From: a virus
DNA: 45,204 nt
Direction: 5' to 3' (one strand)
IMG/VR virus record: IMGVR_UViG_3300009702_000036
Span: 1 to 45,204 of that record
Shown: positions 31,412 through 40,067 of the stretch, piece by piece
How the letters are laid out: every line of letters starts with the position of its first letter
Numbering within the stretch: the stretch's first letter is position 1
Position numbers and translations under genes: made by a program
The notes under the pieces: generated by a model
The model's input: the letters and a program-made list of their open reading frames with translations, nothing else
What the model was told of the DNA's origin: nothing
Database searches by the model: none

Positions 31412-33069
31412 TGAACATAGCAATATACATAATATCTGCACTTGCCATTGCTTTAGGTGGTTACTCTGTATTGCCACAGGAACAATTGCAAGGATCTGCT
31501 GTCAATCTTGGTGCATCTGCGCTGTATCCTTTCCAAGGAGGTACTGGAACAACAAGTGCACCAGCAGCTGGAAATATACTGATAGGAAATGCTGGTGGTG
31601 TGTATGAATTGAAAACATGTGAAGATTTAACAGGATCTGCTGACTTGTGTGATGGTTCAGATGATGGTGGTGGAGGAGAAAGCTGGGCGACATCCAGCTC
31701 ACGCTACTGGTTTGAGAATGATGCACAACTCGGTCAGCTTTCTGATGTGAGCACCACCTCTCTCGTGACAAATGATGTATTGTACTGGACGGGAAGTGAA
31801 TGGGTGGTTACAGCGACTAGCTCGTGGGATACTGACACAACGTATACAGCAGGAGGCACTCTCTTAAATCTTTCTGGAACAACTTTTTCACTTAATGAAG
31901 GAACACTCACTGATACAAAGATTTGTACCTATGAAGCAGGGATAGGTATAGTTTGTGACTACACAGATGTGGTGGGAAGTGGGAGTTCTGGACTCGCCAC
32001 TTCAACTCCTATTGTAGATACGTATGTGACATACGGCACAACTCCAAGTACCGTTGGAGCAGAAAGTGCGTTTACCTACGATGATGCAACTGACAATCTG
32101 ACTGTGGTCAATGCTTCTACTACAAATCTTTCTGCCTCCTCTTTGTGGGGAACGCTTACAGGAGATGTGACGGGGAATCTTACTGGCACTGCTTCACTTG
32201 CCTCTGCTCTTGCTGCAAATGGTGCGAATTGTAGTGCAGGAAATGCTCCTCTTGGGGTGAACGCTTCAGGGGCAGTGGAATCATGCTTTGATGTTTGGAC
32301 TGAGGCAGAGAATACCGCAGCAGGATATATTGATTCTAGTGCACTTGCACCATATTTCACCCTCTCTGATTGGTATGCAACAACGTCTGCTCCACAACTC
32401 ACCACATTAGCGAATCTCTCAATTACAGAATCACAAATATCAGATCTTGTTCATTGGTCAACCACGTCGAGTGATTACTGGGAAACACAGCAAACTGCAC
32501 GTACCGCAGATGATCTTTCTGATAATAGTACCAGTGACTTATCTGAAGGAAGCAATCTGTATTACACAGACAGTCGTGTGGGGGGATATATCAATGCCTC
32601 AACCTCGATGTGTGTGTTCCTTACAGGCAGTGCAGACCTTTGTGATGGTAATGATGCAATAGGAGTGGGTGGTGGAGATCCTGGATGGGCGACATCAACG
32701 AATGGATCTGATATTTTACTCTATCCTATCGACACCAGTAATGATGTCATTTTTGGTGGAAGCTCATCTTCAACAGCATCCTTCTGGCATGATGTATCAG
32801 CCTCTACGACAAGAATTGGGAATGGTGGAGCAGGAGATTCTCTTGTTGAGTTTATGATCAACTCTGTGGCTAAGTGGGTATTTGGTGCAGATGATTCTGA
32901 TTCTGATAAGTTTGTGGTTTCAAGTGGAGGAACGCTTGGAACAAATAATGTTTTAGAGATTGACAGTGGGGGAAGCGCAACTTCAACAGGAGCTACGCAT
33001 GTATTTACGGATGGCACGAATGGTCTTCGCATCACTGCAGGAGCAACGACAACACTTACTTTTTTCTAA
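31408..33069 (+). CDS. tail fibre/spike-like protein with N-terminal hydrophobic helix
   Basis: 553 aa; Ser/Thr/Gly-rich; internal repeat LTGSADLCDG(S/N)D...WATS at two positions. Confidence 0.6.
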   Translation: MMNIAIYIISALAIALGGYSVLPQEQLQGSAVNLGASALYPFQGGTGTTSAPAAGNILIGNAGGVYELKTCEDLTGSADLCDGSDDGGGGESWATSSSRYWFENDAQLGQLSDVSTTSLVTNDVLYWTGSEWVVTATSSWDTDTTYTAGGTLLNLSGTTFSLNEGTLTDTKICTYEAGIGIVCDYTDVVGSGSSGLATSTPIVDTYVTYGTTPSTVGAESAFTYDDATDNLTVVNASTTNLSASSLWGTLTGDVTGNLTGTASLASALAANGANCSAGNAPLGVNASGAVESCFDVWTEAENTAAGYIDSSALAPYFTLSDWYATTSAPQLTTLANLSITESQISDLVHWSTTSSDYWETQQTARTADDLSDNSTSDLSEGSNLYYTDSRVGGYINASTSMCVFLTGSADLCDGNDAIGVGGGDPGWATSTNGSDILLYPIDTSNDVIFGGSSSSTASFWHDVSASTTRIGNGGAGDSLVEFMINSVAKWVFGADDSDSDKFVVSSGGTLGTNNVLEIDSGGSATSTGATHVFTDGTNGLRITAGATTTLTFF

Positions 33070-33070
33070 A

Positions 33071-34186
33071 ATGAACAAGTTTTTAGCTTTATGTGCAATC
33101 GTTGGCGTAACAGCATCATTGCTGTATTTCACGATACCAACTCCTGATATCGTTCTTGGTGCAGCCATCACTCCTGTGAATGGACGCACTACTTTTGTAG
33201 CAGACTGGGATCCTGATACATACTGGGAATTGAATTCAACTAATTTGGGCACAAACTATGGTGATGATGCTACAGGATTCGTCGATAACACAGCAGTGGG
33301 CAGTGGTGACATCTCAACACAGGAGGGTTATGAGGGAATGAACAATCAAAACGATCCACCACCAGGCAGTGATTTTGATAATAATCTTACTAATGATGCA
33401 GCATTATTGGTATATATTCCAGCAGGATTGACGCACTCTACTGTTAGAGGATTGTGGAGTAATGGTGGCGGCACAAATGGACAAGGCATGTTTTTAAGGG
33501 CAACCGCATCTGGTGTGGAACTTGCTTGCGGTCACAATAATGGTGGTGACCTTGGCGACTATCTGATTGAGGAGATACCAGACGCAGACTTGCCTGGCTG
33601 GTTTGTATTTAGCTGCGAGTTTAATTCTTATGGAGGTTCAGAAGGTGATATGGCGTTGTGGTTGAATGGGACAGCAGTAAGGAGTGGTACACGTGTTTAT
33701 ACACTTGATTGGGGTCCAGGTGATCCAGACTTTGGAAACAACAGTGCACGAGAGCCAAATGCTAGTCAAGTGCTAGACCCAGTGAGTTATTCAGGTGGTG
33801 ATTGGGGAGCTAACAACAATATCAATGGTACTGGTATTTTGATTGCAAACTTCACAGAAGACAATCCGAGTGGTGGAGCCTCGGACACTTCACCAGGGAA
33901 TGGTGATACTTGGCATACAGATTACTATGCTGACCACCATAGTGCTGGTGCTCCCTCAGACTCTTGTACGTACAGTGGTTCTGGTGATTGGACAATAAAC
34001 AGTGGAGATAGTTGTCTCATTGATAGTTTTCAATATGTTGCAGGGAGTGTCTATTTGGTCAACACAGGTGGTGGTGGATTGTATCTCACTGGTAATGGAA
34101 CTTTGTCTGTTGGTGGCAGAATTGAGGGAACATCAACTTCTATATATGTTGGTGCAGGAGGTGTGATTGATATTGGCAATGGGTAG
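33071..34186 (+). CDS. LamG/concanavalin-like lectin-fold protein with N-terminal hydrophobic helix (receptor-binding candidate)
   Basis: ATG 33071 right after the upstream stop (MNKFLALCAIVGVTASLLYF). GLWSNGGGTNGQGMFLRA...WFVFSCEF...MALWLNGTAV is typical of LamG-type domains. Confidence 0.55.
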   Translation: MNKFLALCAIVGVTASLLYFTIPTPDIVLGAAITPVNGRTTFVADWDPDTYWELNSTNLGTNYGDDATGFVDNTAVGSGDISTQEGYEGMNNQNDPPPGSDFDNNLTNDAALLVYIPAGLTHSTVRGLWSNGGGTNGQGMFLRATASGVELACGHNNGGDLGDYLIEEIPDADLPGWFVFSCEFNSYGGSEGDMALWLNGTAVRSGTRVYTLDWGPGDPDFGNNSAREPNASQVLDPVSYSGGDWGANNNINGTGILIANFTEDNPSGGASDTSPGNGDTWHTDYYADHHSAGAPSDSCTYSGSGDWTINSGDSCLIDSFQYVAGSVYLVNTGGGGLYLTGNGTLSVGGRIEGTSTSIYVGAGGVIDIGNG

Positions 34187-34187
34187 T

Positions 34188-35231
34188 ATGAATAAATATA
34201 CCAAAACGACAGTGGTAGGACTTCTAGCTGCAACCATGCTTGCTGGGATAACTCCCCTAAAACATGATGATGCATTTGGTGGTAAAGGTGAACTTGCTCA
34301 GTCTCATCGCAAATATCTTGCAGAACGGAAGCTGTATATGGAGACGAACAAAGAAGCACTTGGCATTCCTCAGACATCTGTTGACAAAGCTGTGTATGCA
34401 CAGAATACCTTTGAAAATTATTTGTTAAAGAAGAGATATATTAATAAGAAAGGAGGAAATATCCACAATCCTTCATCAACATTGCTTGGGTCAATTGTTT
34501 CTAATTTCCCTGTAATCAATCGTGTGCAGGCATACACCTTTGGCATTGAAGATTTTGAAACATGTGTTTCAATTCCATGTACTTTTACATCAGAGGATAG
34601 TTATGGAACAGGAGCATTTGCTCTTGATGCAACCAGTAAAGTAAATGGGACAGATTCAGCAAGATGTGATATATCTACAGCAGGTGATGGCTGTATCCTT
34701 GCAAAAACACTCACTTCAGGATCAGTCTATTATATTCAAATGCAGGTTTTTTTTCCAACAGGATGGTCGTTTGGACCGAATGGATATTTAACACTTTTTG
34801 ATGTTGGCGATGGAACTGGGAATCCAGTATATTGCAATGTTGAAGATTATGGAACCTTGCGAATAACCTGCGCTGGAGATGAATTGGGTTACACTAATAC
34901 AGGTTTGGATATTTCACTTAATACTATAACTCGTTTGGAGTTTAAAATAACCATCTCGTCTTCAGCAGGAGATGTTGATATATGGCTAAATAATACAACT
35001 GAATCATCTCCTTCATATGATGGTTCAGGAACACTTAATACAGGGACGCAGAATATCACTAAGTTTAATATTGGTGGATATAGTCCTGATGTGGTTGGAG
35101 ATAAGTATTATGATGATGTAATTGCTGACACTTCATTTATTGGATTAGGTAGTCAGAATGATTTTTCTCCACAGCTTATTATCAATAATGGTGCAGTTGC
35201 CACCAACAATGGCGTTTTAATAATTGACTAA
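34188..35231 (+). CDS. second lectin-fold-like protein with N-terminal hydrophobic helix
   Basis: ATG 34188 (MNKYTKTTVVGLLAATMLAG); YYIQMQVFFPTGW...LTLFDVGDG...VDIWLNNT beta-sandwich-type pattern. Confidence 0.5.
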   Translation: MNKYTKTTVVGLLAATMLAGITPLKHDDAFGGKGELAQSHRKYLAERKLYMETNKEALGIPQTSVDKAVYAQNTFENYLLKKRYINKKGGNIHNPSSTLLGSIVSNFPVINRVQAYTFGIEDFETCVSIPCTFTSEDSYGTGAFALDATSKVNGTDSARCDISTAGDGCILAKTLTSGSVYYIQMQVFFPTGWSFGPNGYLTLFDVGDGTGNPVYCNVEDYGTLRITCAGDELGYTNTGLDISLNTITRLEFKITISSSAGDVDIWLNNTTESSPSYDGSGTLNTGTQNITKFNIGGYSPDVVGDKYYDDVIADTSFIGLGSQNDFSPQLIINNGAVATNNGVLIID

Positions 35232-35232
35232 T

Positions 35233-35493
35233 ATGACAGGACCATTTTTAGACTCTCTTTCTAATCTTAGCGTTGGTGTTGCAGCAGTTGTTGTAATGTA
35301 CCTTATGTACAAAGGTACGATGGCTCGATTGAAAGAGAAAGACCATGAGTTTTTAGATGAAATAAAAGACAGAGAAAAAAAGTTTGAGGAACTGTCGCAC
35401 AAAATACTTAATGAAACTACAAAACAGTTGTCAGAAAATACCAAGGTGCTCGGACGAGTTATTTTCCATTTAGACAAACATGATAAATTATAA
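35233..35493 (+). CDS. small membrane-anchored coiled-coil protein
   Basis: ATG 35233 (track start is TTG 35224); hydrophobic LSVGVAAVVVMYLMY, then a charged helix. Confidence 0.5.
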   Translation: MTGPFLDSLSNLSVGVAAVVVMYLMYKGTMARLKEKDHEFLDEIKDREKKFEELSHKILNETTKQLSENTKVLGRVIFHLDKHDKL

Positions 35494-35508
35494 CATAACA
35501 AAACATAT

Positions 35509-36069
35509 ATGAGCCAACCCATATTACGAGTCAACAGAGGTAATATAGGAAATGAACTATTCATTCATCTTCCAGAGCTTGACTCATTCTATAAAACATT
35601 TCTTTCTGGAGATGAAGCTTCTGGACAAACTGTTTTGTCTGTTGTGTCTGAAGATAGTTTTGCAACAAATGACTACATTCTCATAGGCAATCCTGCATTT
35701 GAAAGATGTGAGCTGAGGAAGATAGCAAGCACAGGATCTGGCAGCTTGACTATTTCAGCAGCAACTAGTCATGCTCATGCATCTGGTACACTGATAACAT
35801 TTATACCATTCAATCAAATTGAAATATATTCTGCAACTGCTATCGGTGGTAGCTATTCTCTTAATTCAGCAGTAGACATAGATCCAGAGTTACGAGAAAC
35901 ATATGTGAACATTCCTTCTGATGCAAGTACAGTGGCATACAAAGTACGATTCAAGAATGAGAATGATACTACATACTCTGATTACTCTGATGAAGTACTC
36001 GGCTCTGGCTATGGTGAGAAAACTGCATACTACATAAAACATAGCGCAATGGATGACTTGGGTGAATAG
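35509..36069 (+). CDS. structural protein, upstream part of a TAG-interrupted pair
   Basis: 186-aa ORF ending at TAG 36067-69; the same frame continues open into the next ORF. Confidence 0.65.
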   Translation: MSQPILRVNRGNIGNELFIHLPELDSFYKTFLSGDEASGQTVLSVVSEDSFATNDYILIGNPAFERCELRKIASTGSGSLTISAATSHAHASGTLITFIPFNQIEIYSATAIGGSYSLNSAVDIDPELRETYVNIPSDASTVAYKVRFKNENDTTYSDYSDEVLGSGYGEKTAYYIKHSAMDDLGE

Positions 36070-36141
36070 TTTGGTAACATTATCTCTGATGATGATCTTA
36101 ATCGATGGCTCAATCAAGCTCGGCGTGACTTTGATGAGGAA

Positions 36142-36906
36142 GTGAAACGATGGCACTTCAGACAAGAGTTTGATTATGACATTGGAAATATAAGTGAAGG
36201 AGAGTATTCAATAGCAGTGCCTACCAACTTGAGAAATCCAGATACTCCTGAAAATATACTTAATCTGCAAATTGGAAGTGATGGCAACTCTATAGGTTAT
36301 ATTGATTATAACAGTTGGAAAGATTGGTACATAGGAGTTAATCATACTACTGTGGCATCACAACCGAGTATTGGACAAGTAACATTGGTGCTGGCAGACA
36401 CTGCAGATTTTGACAGCTCTGGTAGCATAAAGATTGGAGATAACACTATAACATATACTGCAAATGATACATCAACAAACACACTAAGTGGTATACCAGC
36501 ATCAGGAGATGGTAGCATTGATACTGCTCATGCTGTTGGAACAAATGTATGGCAGAATATCGGATATGCAACTCCAACAGAGTACACAATCTTTGAAGGA
36601 AAGATTTACTTCAATGCTCCAGTAGAGAGCGACTTGGATGGCAAGAATGTCTTTATGTCATTCTACAAAACATTAACAAGCATTAACTCTGACTCAGATG
36701 AATTGGATGAACCTGACACAGACATGTACATCAGCTACTTGAAGTACAAAATAAAGAGTAGGAAACTAAGAGGAAAGATAAACATCAAAACAGATCCAGA
36801 TTACATTGAATATTCAAAAAGAAAATTGGTTCAGATTAGGAAGGAGCAAACACATCAAAACATCGGATTGAGTCCTGATATTGGATATTTAACAGATTCA
36901 GAATAA
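36142..36906 (+). CDS. structural protein, downstream part of the TAG-interrupted pair (frame already open from 36070)
   Basis: Track start is GTG 36142 with no SD. The 24 codons upstream (FGNIISDDDLNRWLNQARRDFDEE) are open, protein-like and in frame with 35509..36069. Confidence 0.6.
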   Translation: MKRWHFRQEFDYDIGNISEGEYSIAVPTNLRNPDTPENILNLQIGSDGNSIGYIDYNSWKDWYIGVNHTTVASQPSIGQVTLVLADTADFDSSGSIKIGDNTITYTANDTSTNTLSGIPASGDGSIDTAHAVGTNVWQNIGYATPTEYTIFEGKIYFNAPVESDLDGKNVFMSFYKTLTSINSDSDELDEPDTDMYISYLKYKIKSRKLRGKINIKTDPDYIEYSKRKLVQIRKEQTHQNIGLSPDIGYLTDSE

Positions 36907-38807
36907 TGAGATTACCATTTTACGAACAGTATGATAGACAACTATACAGACGAACATCTGTGGTACAATCACAGTTGGACAACAACAACATGTCTAGTTT
37001 GGATCTCATGCCTGAGTATGATGGTGTATTCCTAGATGATGGAGGTCTTGATGGTGGAGGTGGTAAGACAACAGGAACAAATGAAATGGTGGAGGGTGAT
37101 TGGAGGTCTTCAGATTATGAGTCTGGAGTGTCTGGTTGGAGGATTGCTGCTGATGGTAGTGCTGAGTTTAATGAAGGAGTTACTGCTAGTGAATTGCACA
37201 TTCCAGACAGAGATGCCACTGCAAACAGCTTTCATGTTAACACTGCTGGCGATACTTGGTGGGGAGCTACTGAAACAGATTTTAATGCAGACAACAATAA
37301 TGCTACTGCATATATACTCAAAACAGGTGCTGCTGTATTCCAAAGTGTAAAAATATCAGGACTGCAAGCAGGTTCATCAATAGATGGACAGTATGTGGAT
37401 GCAGGCACAATAGATACACTTCAATTAGCTACTGATGCTGTGACTGCAGCAAAGTTAGCTGTTGCTGGAATAGATGGAGCAACAGGCAATGTTGCAGCAA
37501 ACCACATCGTAGCAAATATGCTGCAAACAGATTCTGTTATATCCTCAAAAATACAAGCAGGAGCAGTAACTGCAGATAAGATAACAGTATCAAATTTAGC
37601 AGCTATAAGTGCAGATATAGGAGCAATTACTGCTGGAACAATAACACTTGATAGTTCTGGATTTATAAGAGGTGGTGCCACAGGATACTTGACTGGTCAA
37701 GGAGTCTGGATGGGATATTCTGGTGGAAAATATAAATTTCACGTTGGTGATCCGAATGGACGATACGTTGCATGGACTGGTACTAATCTTATAGTGAACG
37801 GATATGTTTCAAGTGCTGCTTTCACTGGTTCAGGAAATGATGGAACAGTTGATTTTGATGGTACAAATACATTTTCTTTTGCCTCTAAATCGGGAAATAC
37901 ATACACACTTACACGAGATGTGGAATCTACAACACTAACAATTCAATCTGGGATAACTCTAAAAACAGAAGGATATCGTATCTTTTCGCAAGTTTCTATA
38001 ACTAATCATGGCACCATAAGTGCTAATGGAGGAGATGGAGGTAATGGAGGTGATGGAACTTATGATGATGCAGGAGGTGGACAAGGAGCAGCAGGAACAG
38101 CAGGTGCAGCTGCGCATTCAGCAGGTTCTCTTCCTGGAGCTTCGGCAGGAGTTGCAGGATTAGCTGGAGCAGCAATAGGGTCCTGTACTCCCAGCAATGG
38201 AACAGCAGGAATTGATACTAATCCTTCAATGGGAGTGTCAGGAGCGAATGGTGGTGGAGGAGGATATGGTGGCGGCTGTTCTACACAAGGAACTACTCAA
38301 GGAGCTGGAATTGCAACTGCAAGCAAGAACCTTCCCACAACAGCCGTGTCTGCATATTTCCCATTAGATCTTTATCCAACTATAGCGGCAATACTTGGTT
38401 CTGCTGGTTCTGGTGGGGGTGGAGGTGGTGGAGGAGGAGATTATGCAAATCCAACTGGAGGCTCTGGTGGTGGAGGAGGTGGTTCTGGTGGAGCAGGAGG
38501 AACTATTGTTATTTTCTCTCCAGCTATTCAGAATGATGGCACCATAAGTGTTAATGGTGGTAATGGTGGTAATGGTGGTAATGTAGGAGGTTCAACATCT
38601 AATGATCGTGGTGGAGGAGGTGGTGGAGGAGGAAGTGGTAGTGGAGGAGTAATTATTTTTGTGTATTCAACACTTACTAACACAGGAACTATATCAGTTT
38701 CAGCTGGTACAGCTGGTACTGGAGGGAGCAGTGGAGGAACTGGTGCCAATGATGGCTCAAATGGAGCTACTGGTTCAACAGGTATTATTTATTATATAGA
38801 ATTATAA
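36906..38807 (+). CDS. tail fibre protein with glycine-rich C-terminal half
   Basis: 633 aa; N-terminal GDWRSSDYESGVSGWRIAADGSAEF fibre-type motif; C-terminal poly-Gly/GGNGG tracts. Confidence 0.65.
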   Translation: MRLPFYEQYDRQLYRRTSVVQSQLDNNNMSSLDLMPEYDGVFLDDGGLDGGGGKTTGTNEMVEGDWRSSDYESGVSGWRIAADGSAEFNEGVTASELHIPDRDATANSFHVNTAGDTWWGATETDFNADNNNATAYILKTGAAVFQSVKISGLQAGSSIDGQYVDAGTIDTLQLATDAVTAAKLAVAGIDGATGNVAANHIVANMLQTDSVISSKIQAGAVTADKITVSNLAAISADIGAITAGTITLDSSGFIRGGATGYLTGQGVWMGYSGGKYKFHVGDPNGRYVAWTGTNLIVNGYVSSAAFTGSGNDGTVDFDGTNTFSFASKSGNTYTLTRDVESTTLTIQSGITLKTEGYRIFSQVSITNHGTISANGGDGGNGGDGTYDDAGGGQGAAGTAGAAAHSAGSLPGASAGVAGLAGAAIGSCTPSNGTAGIDTNPSMGVSGANGGGGGYGGGCSTQGTTQGAGIATASKNLPTTAVSAYFPLDLYPTIAAILGSAGSGGGGGGGGGDYANPTGGSGGGGGGSGGAGGTIVIFSPAIQNDGTISVNGGNGGNGGNVGGSTSNDRGGGGGGGGSGSGGVIIFVYSTLTNTGTISVSAGTAGTGGSSGGTGANDGSNGATGSTGIIYYIEL

Positions 38808-38808
38808 T

Positions 38809-39042
38809 ATGCCTAAAACAATCACAATAGAAGACACGATTATAAAAGAAGTACAAATAGCACTTGTTGATAAAGAATATATCATGAATGTTCTTTATGT
38901 CACTGTCGATTCGAATGGTAATGAGTATCCTCGTGGATGGCAGCAATTTAAAGGAAAGATTCTTCCAAAAAAAATAATAAATAGATTAAAGAGTGTTCTT
39001 GAATCAGCTAAAGAAAAAGTTAAAGAAAAGGAAAGTTTGTAA
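38809..39042 (+). CDS. hypothetical protein
   Basis: 77-aa ORF 1 nt after the fibre gene stop. Confidence 0.55.
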   Translation: MPKTITIEDTIIKEVQIALVDKEYIMNVLYVTVDSNGNEYPRGWQQFKGKILPKKIINRLKSVLESAKEKVKEKESL

Positions 39043-39082
39043 TTCATTTTGTTTATCAATCAATAAGAGATAAAATAAAGAT

Positions 39083-40066
39083 ATGGGACTACTAGTAGGA
39101 AGCAATGCATCAGATAGTTTGAAAAGAATATCCTCAAACAGGAGAAATGAGGTTGGTTCTTCATCACCATCTTCTTCCAAAAACACACAATCCAGTGCTC
39201 CAAGTACAACAAGTTCTTCAAACTCTGGAAGCAATATTATTGTAAGAAATGCACCAGTATATGATTCAGCTGGGAATATTGTTGGACACATTAATCTAAC
39301 ACAGAACCAGGTAAACGCTCTTTGGGAAAACAATCCAGCTTTGGCAAGAAAAATGGGAGTGCCAGCAGCAACAGGGCCAGGCACTTCAACTCCATCGACT
39401 GAATCGACAAATACTCAGTCAGGAGCAGAAACTATTTCAGAAGGAGTGAATGATGAAGAAAAAATAAAGAGCAATCTTGAGGATGTTGCTGATGCTCTTG
39501 TTAGTTCTGGAAAAACAATAAATCCAAATATAAACTTCGATGATATCTCAATTGAACAGTTTCTTGCTGAAGCAGATAAAACAATTGCTCCAGAGTTTAA
39601 ACAGAAGTTTGATGTAGCTGTTCAAGATTTGAATACCACATTGGGAAGACTTGGATATGACCTAGAACAGAAGATTGGAGACATTCAAAGAAGTGCAGAC
39701 AAAGTACGATTGCAAGGTCGTGAAACTTTAGCAGGTCGTGGTACTGCATTCAGTAGTGACAGAGGACGATTTGAACAAGATGTTACTGATGCTGAATCAA
39801 GAGACGAGGCACGAAACAGAGAACTAACATTCAGATCTGGTCAGGATGCACTTGCTGCAACAGAACGATATTTGGGTACTGAAGGAATAAAGAGTGCAAA
39901 TCCAAACACATCATTGGCTGGTCGTCAACTTAGTTTTAGTGGAAAACCTCTTGTTGGAGGTCTTCAGAGTGAGAGACAGTTTGCTAAAGAGTCAATTGGT
40001 CGTCAATTACAGAATGATGAATACCAGCGTAGAGCATTCACTATTAGTAGCTTAGGATTTCAATAA
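39083..40066 (+). CDS. internal virion/ejection-type protein (inferred)
   Basis: 327 aa; Ser-rich N-terminus; shares the motif G.IVG.(I/V)NLT..Q(V/I)....NNP(A/S)LAR with the next protein. Confidence 0.45.
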   Translation: MGLLVGSNASDSLKRISSNRRNEVGSSSPSSSKNTQSSAPSTTSSSNSGSNIIVRNAPVYDSAGNIVGHINLTQNQVNALWENNPALARKMGVPAATGPGTSTPSTESTNTQSGAETISEGVNDEEKIKSNLEDVADALVSSGKTINPNINFDDISIEQFLAEADKTIAPEFKQKFDVAVQDLNTTLGRLGYDLEQKIGDIQRSADKVRLQGRETLAGRGTAFSSDRGRFEQDVTDAESRDEARNRELTFRSGQDALAATERYLGTEGIKSANPNTSLAGRQLSFSGKPLVGGLQSERQFAKESIGRQLQNDEYQRRAFTISSLGFQ

Positions 40067-40067
40067 T

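Noticed and set aside
31631-32700. Possible diversity-generating retroelement target (two similar segments LTGSADLCDG..WATS within fibre gene 31408..33069)
   Set aside because: No reverse transcriptase or template repeat exists anywhere in the genome, and the two segments differ at all base types rather than adenine-specific positions. It is simply an internal domain repeat.
36067-36069. Genome-wide TAG stop-codon reassignment (alternative genetic code), as seen in some phages
   Set aside because: TAG terminates at least a dozen well-delimited genes here (for example portal 24667-69, capsid 28957-59 and 41734..43746), each followed directly by the next start. Long ORFs are intact under the standard code. 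Only this one site looks like a candidate for read-through.
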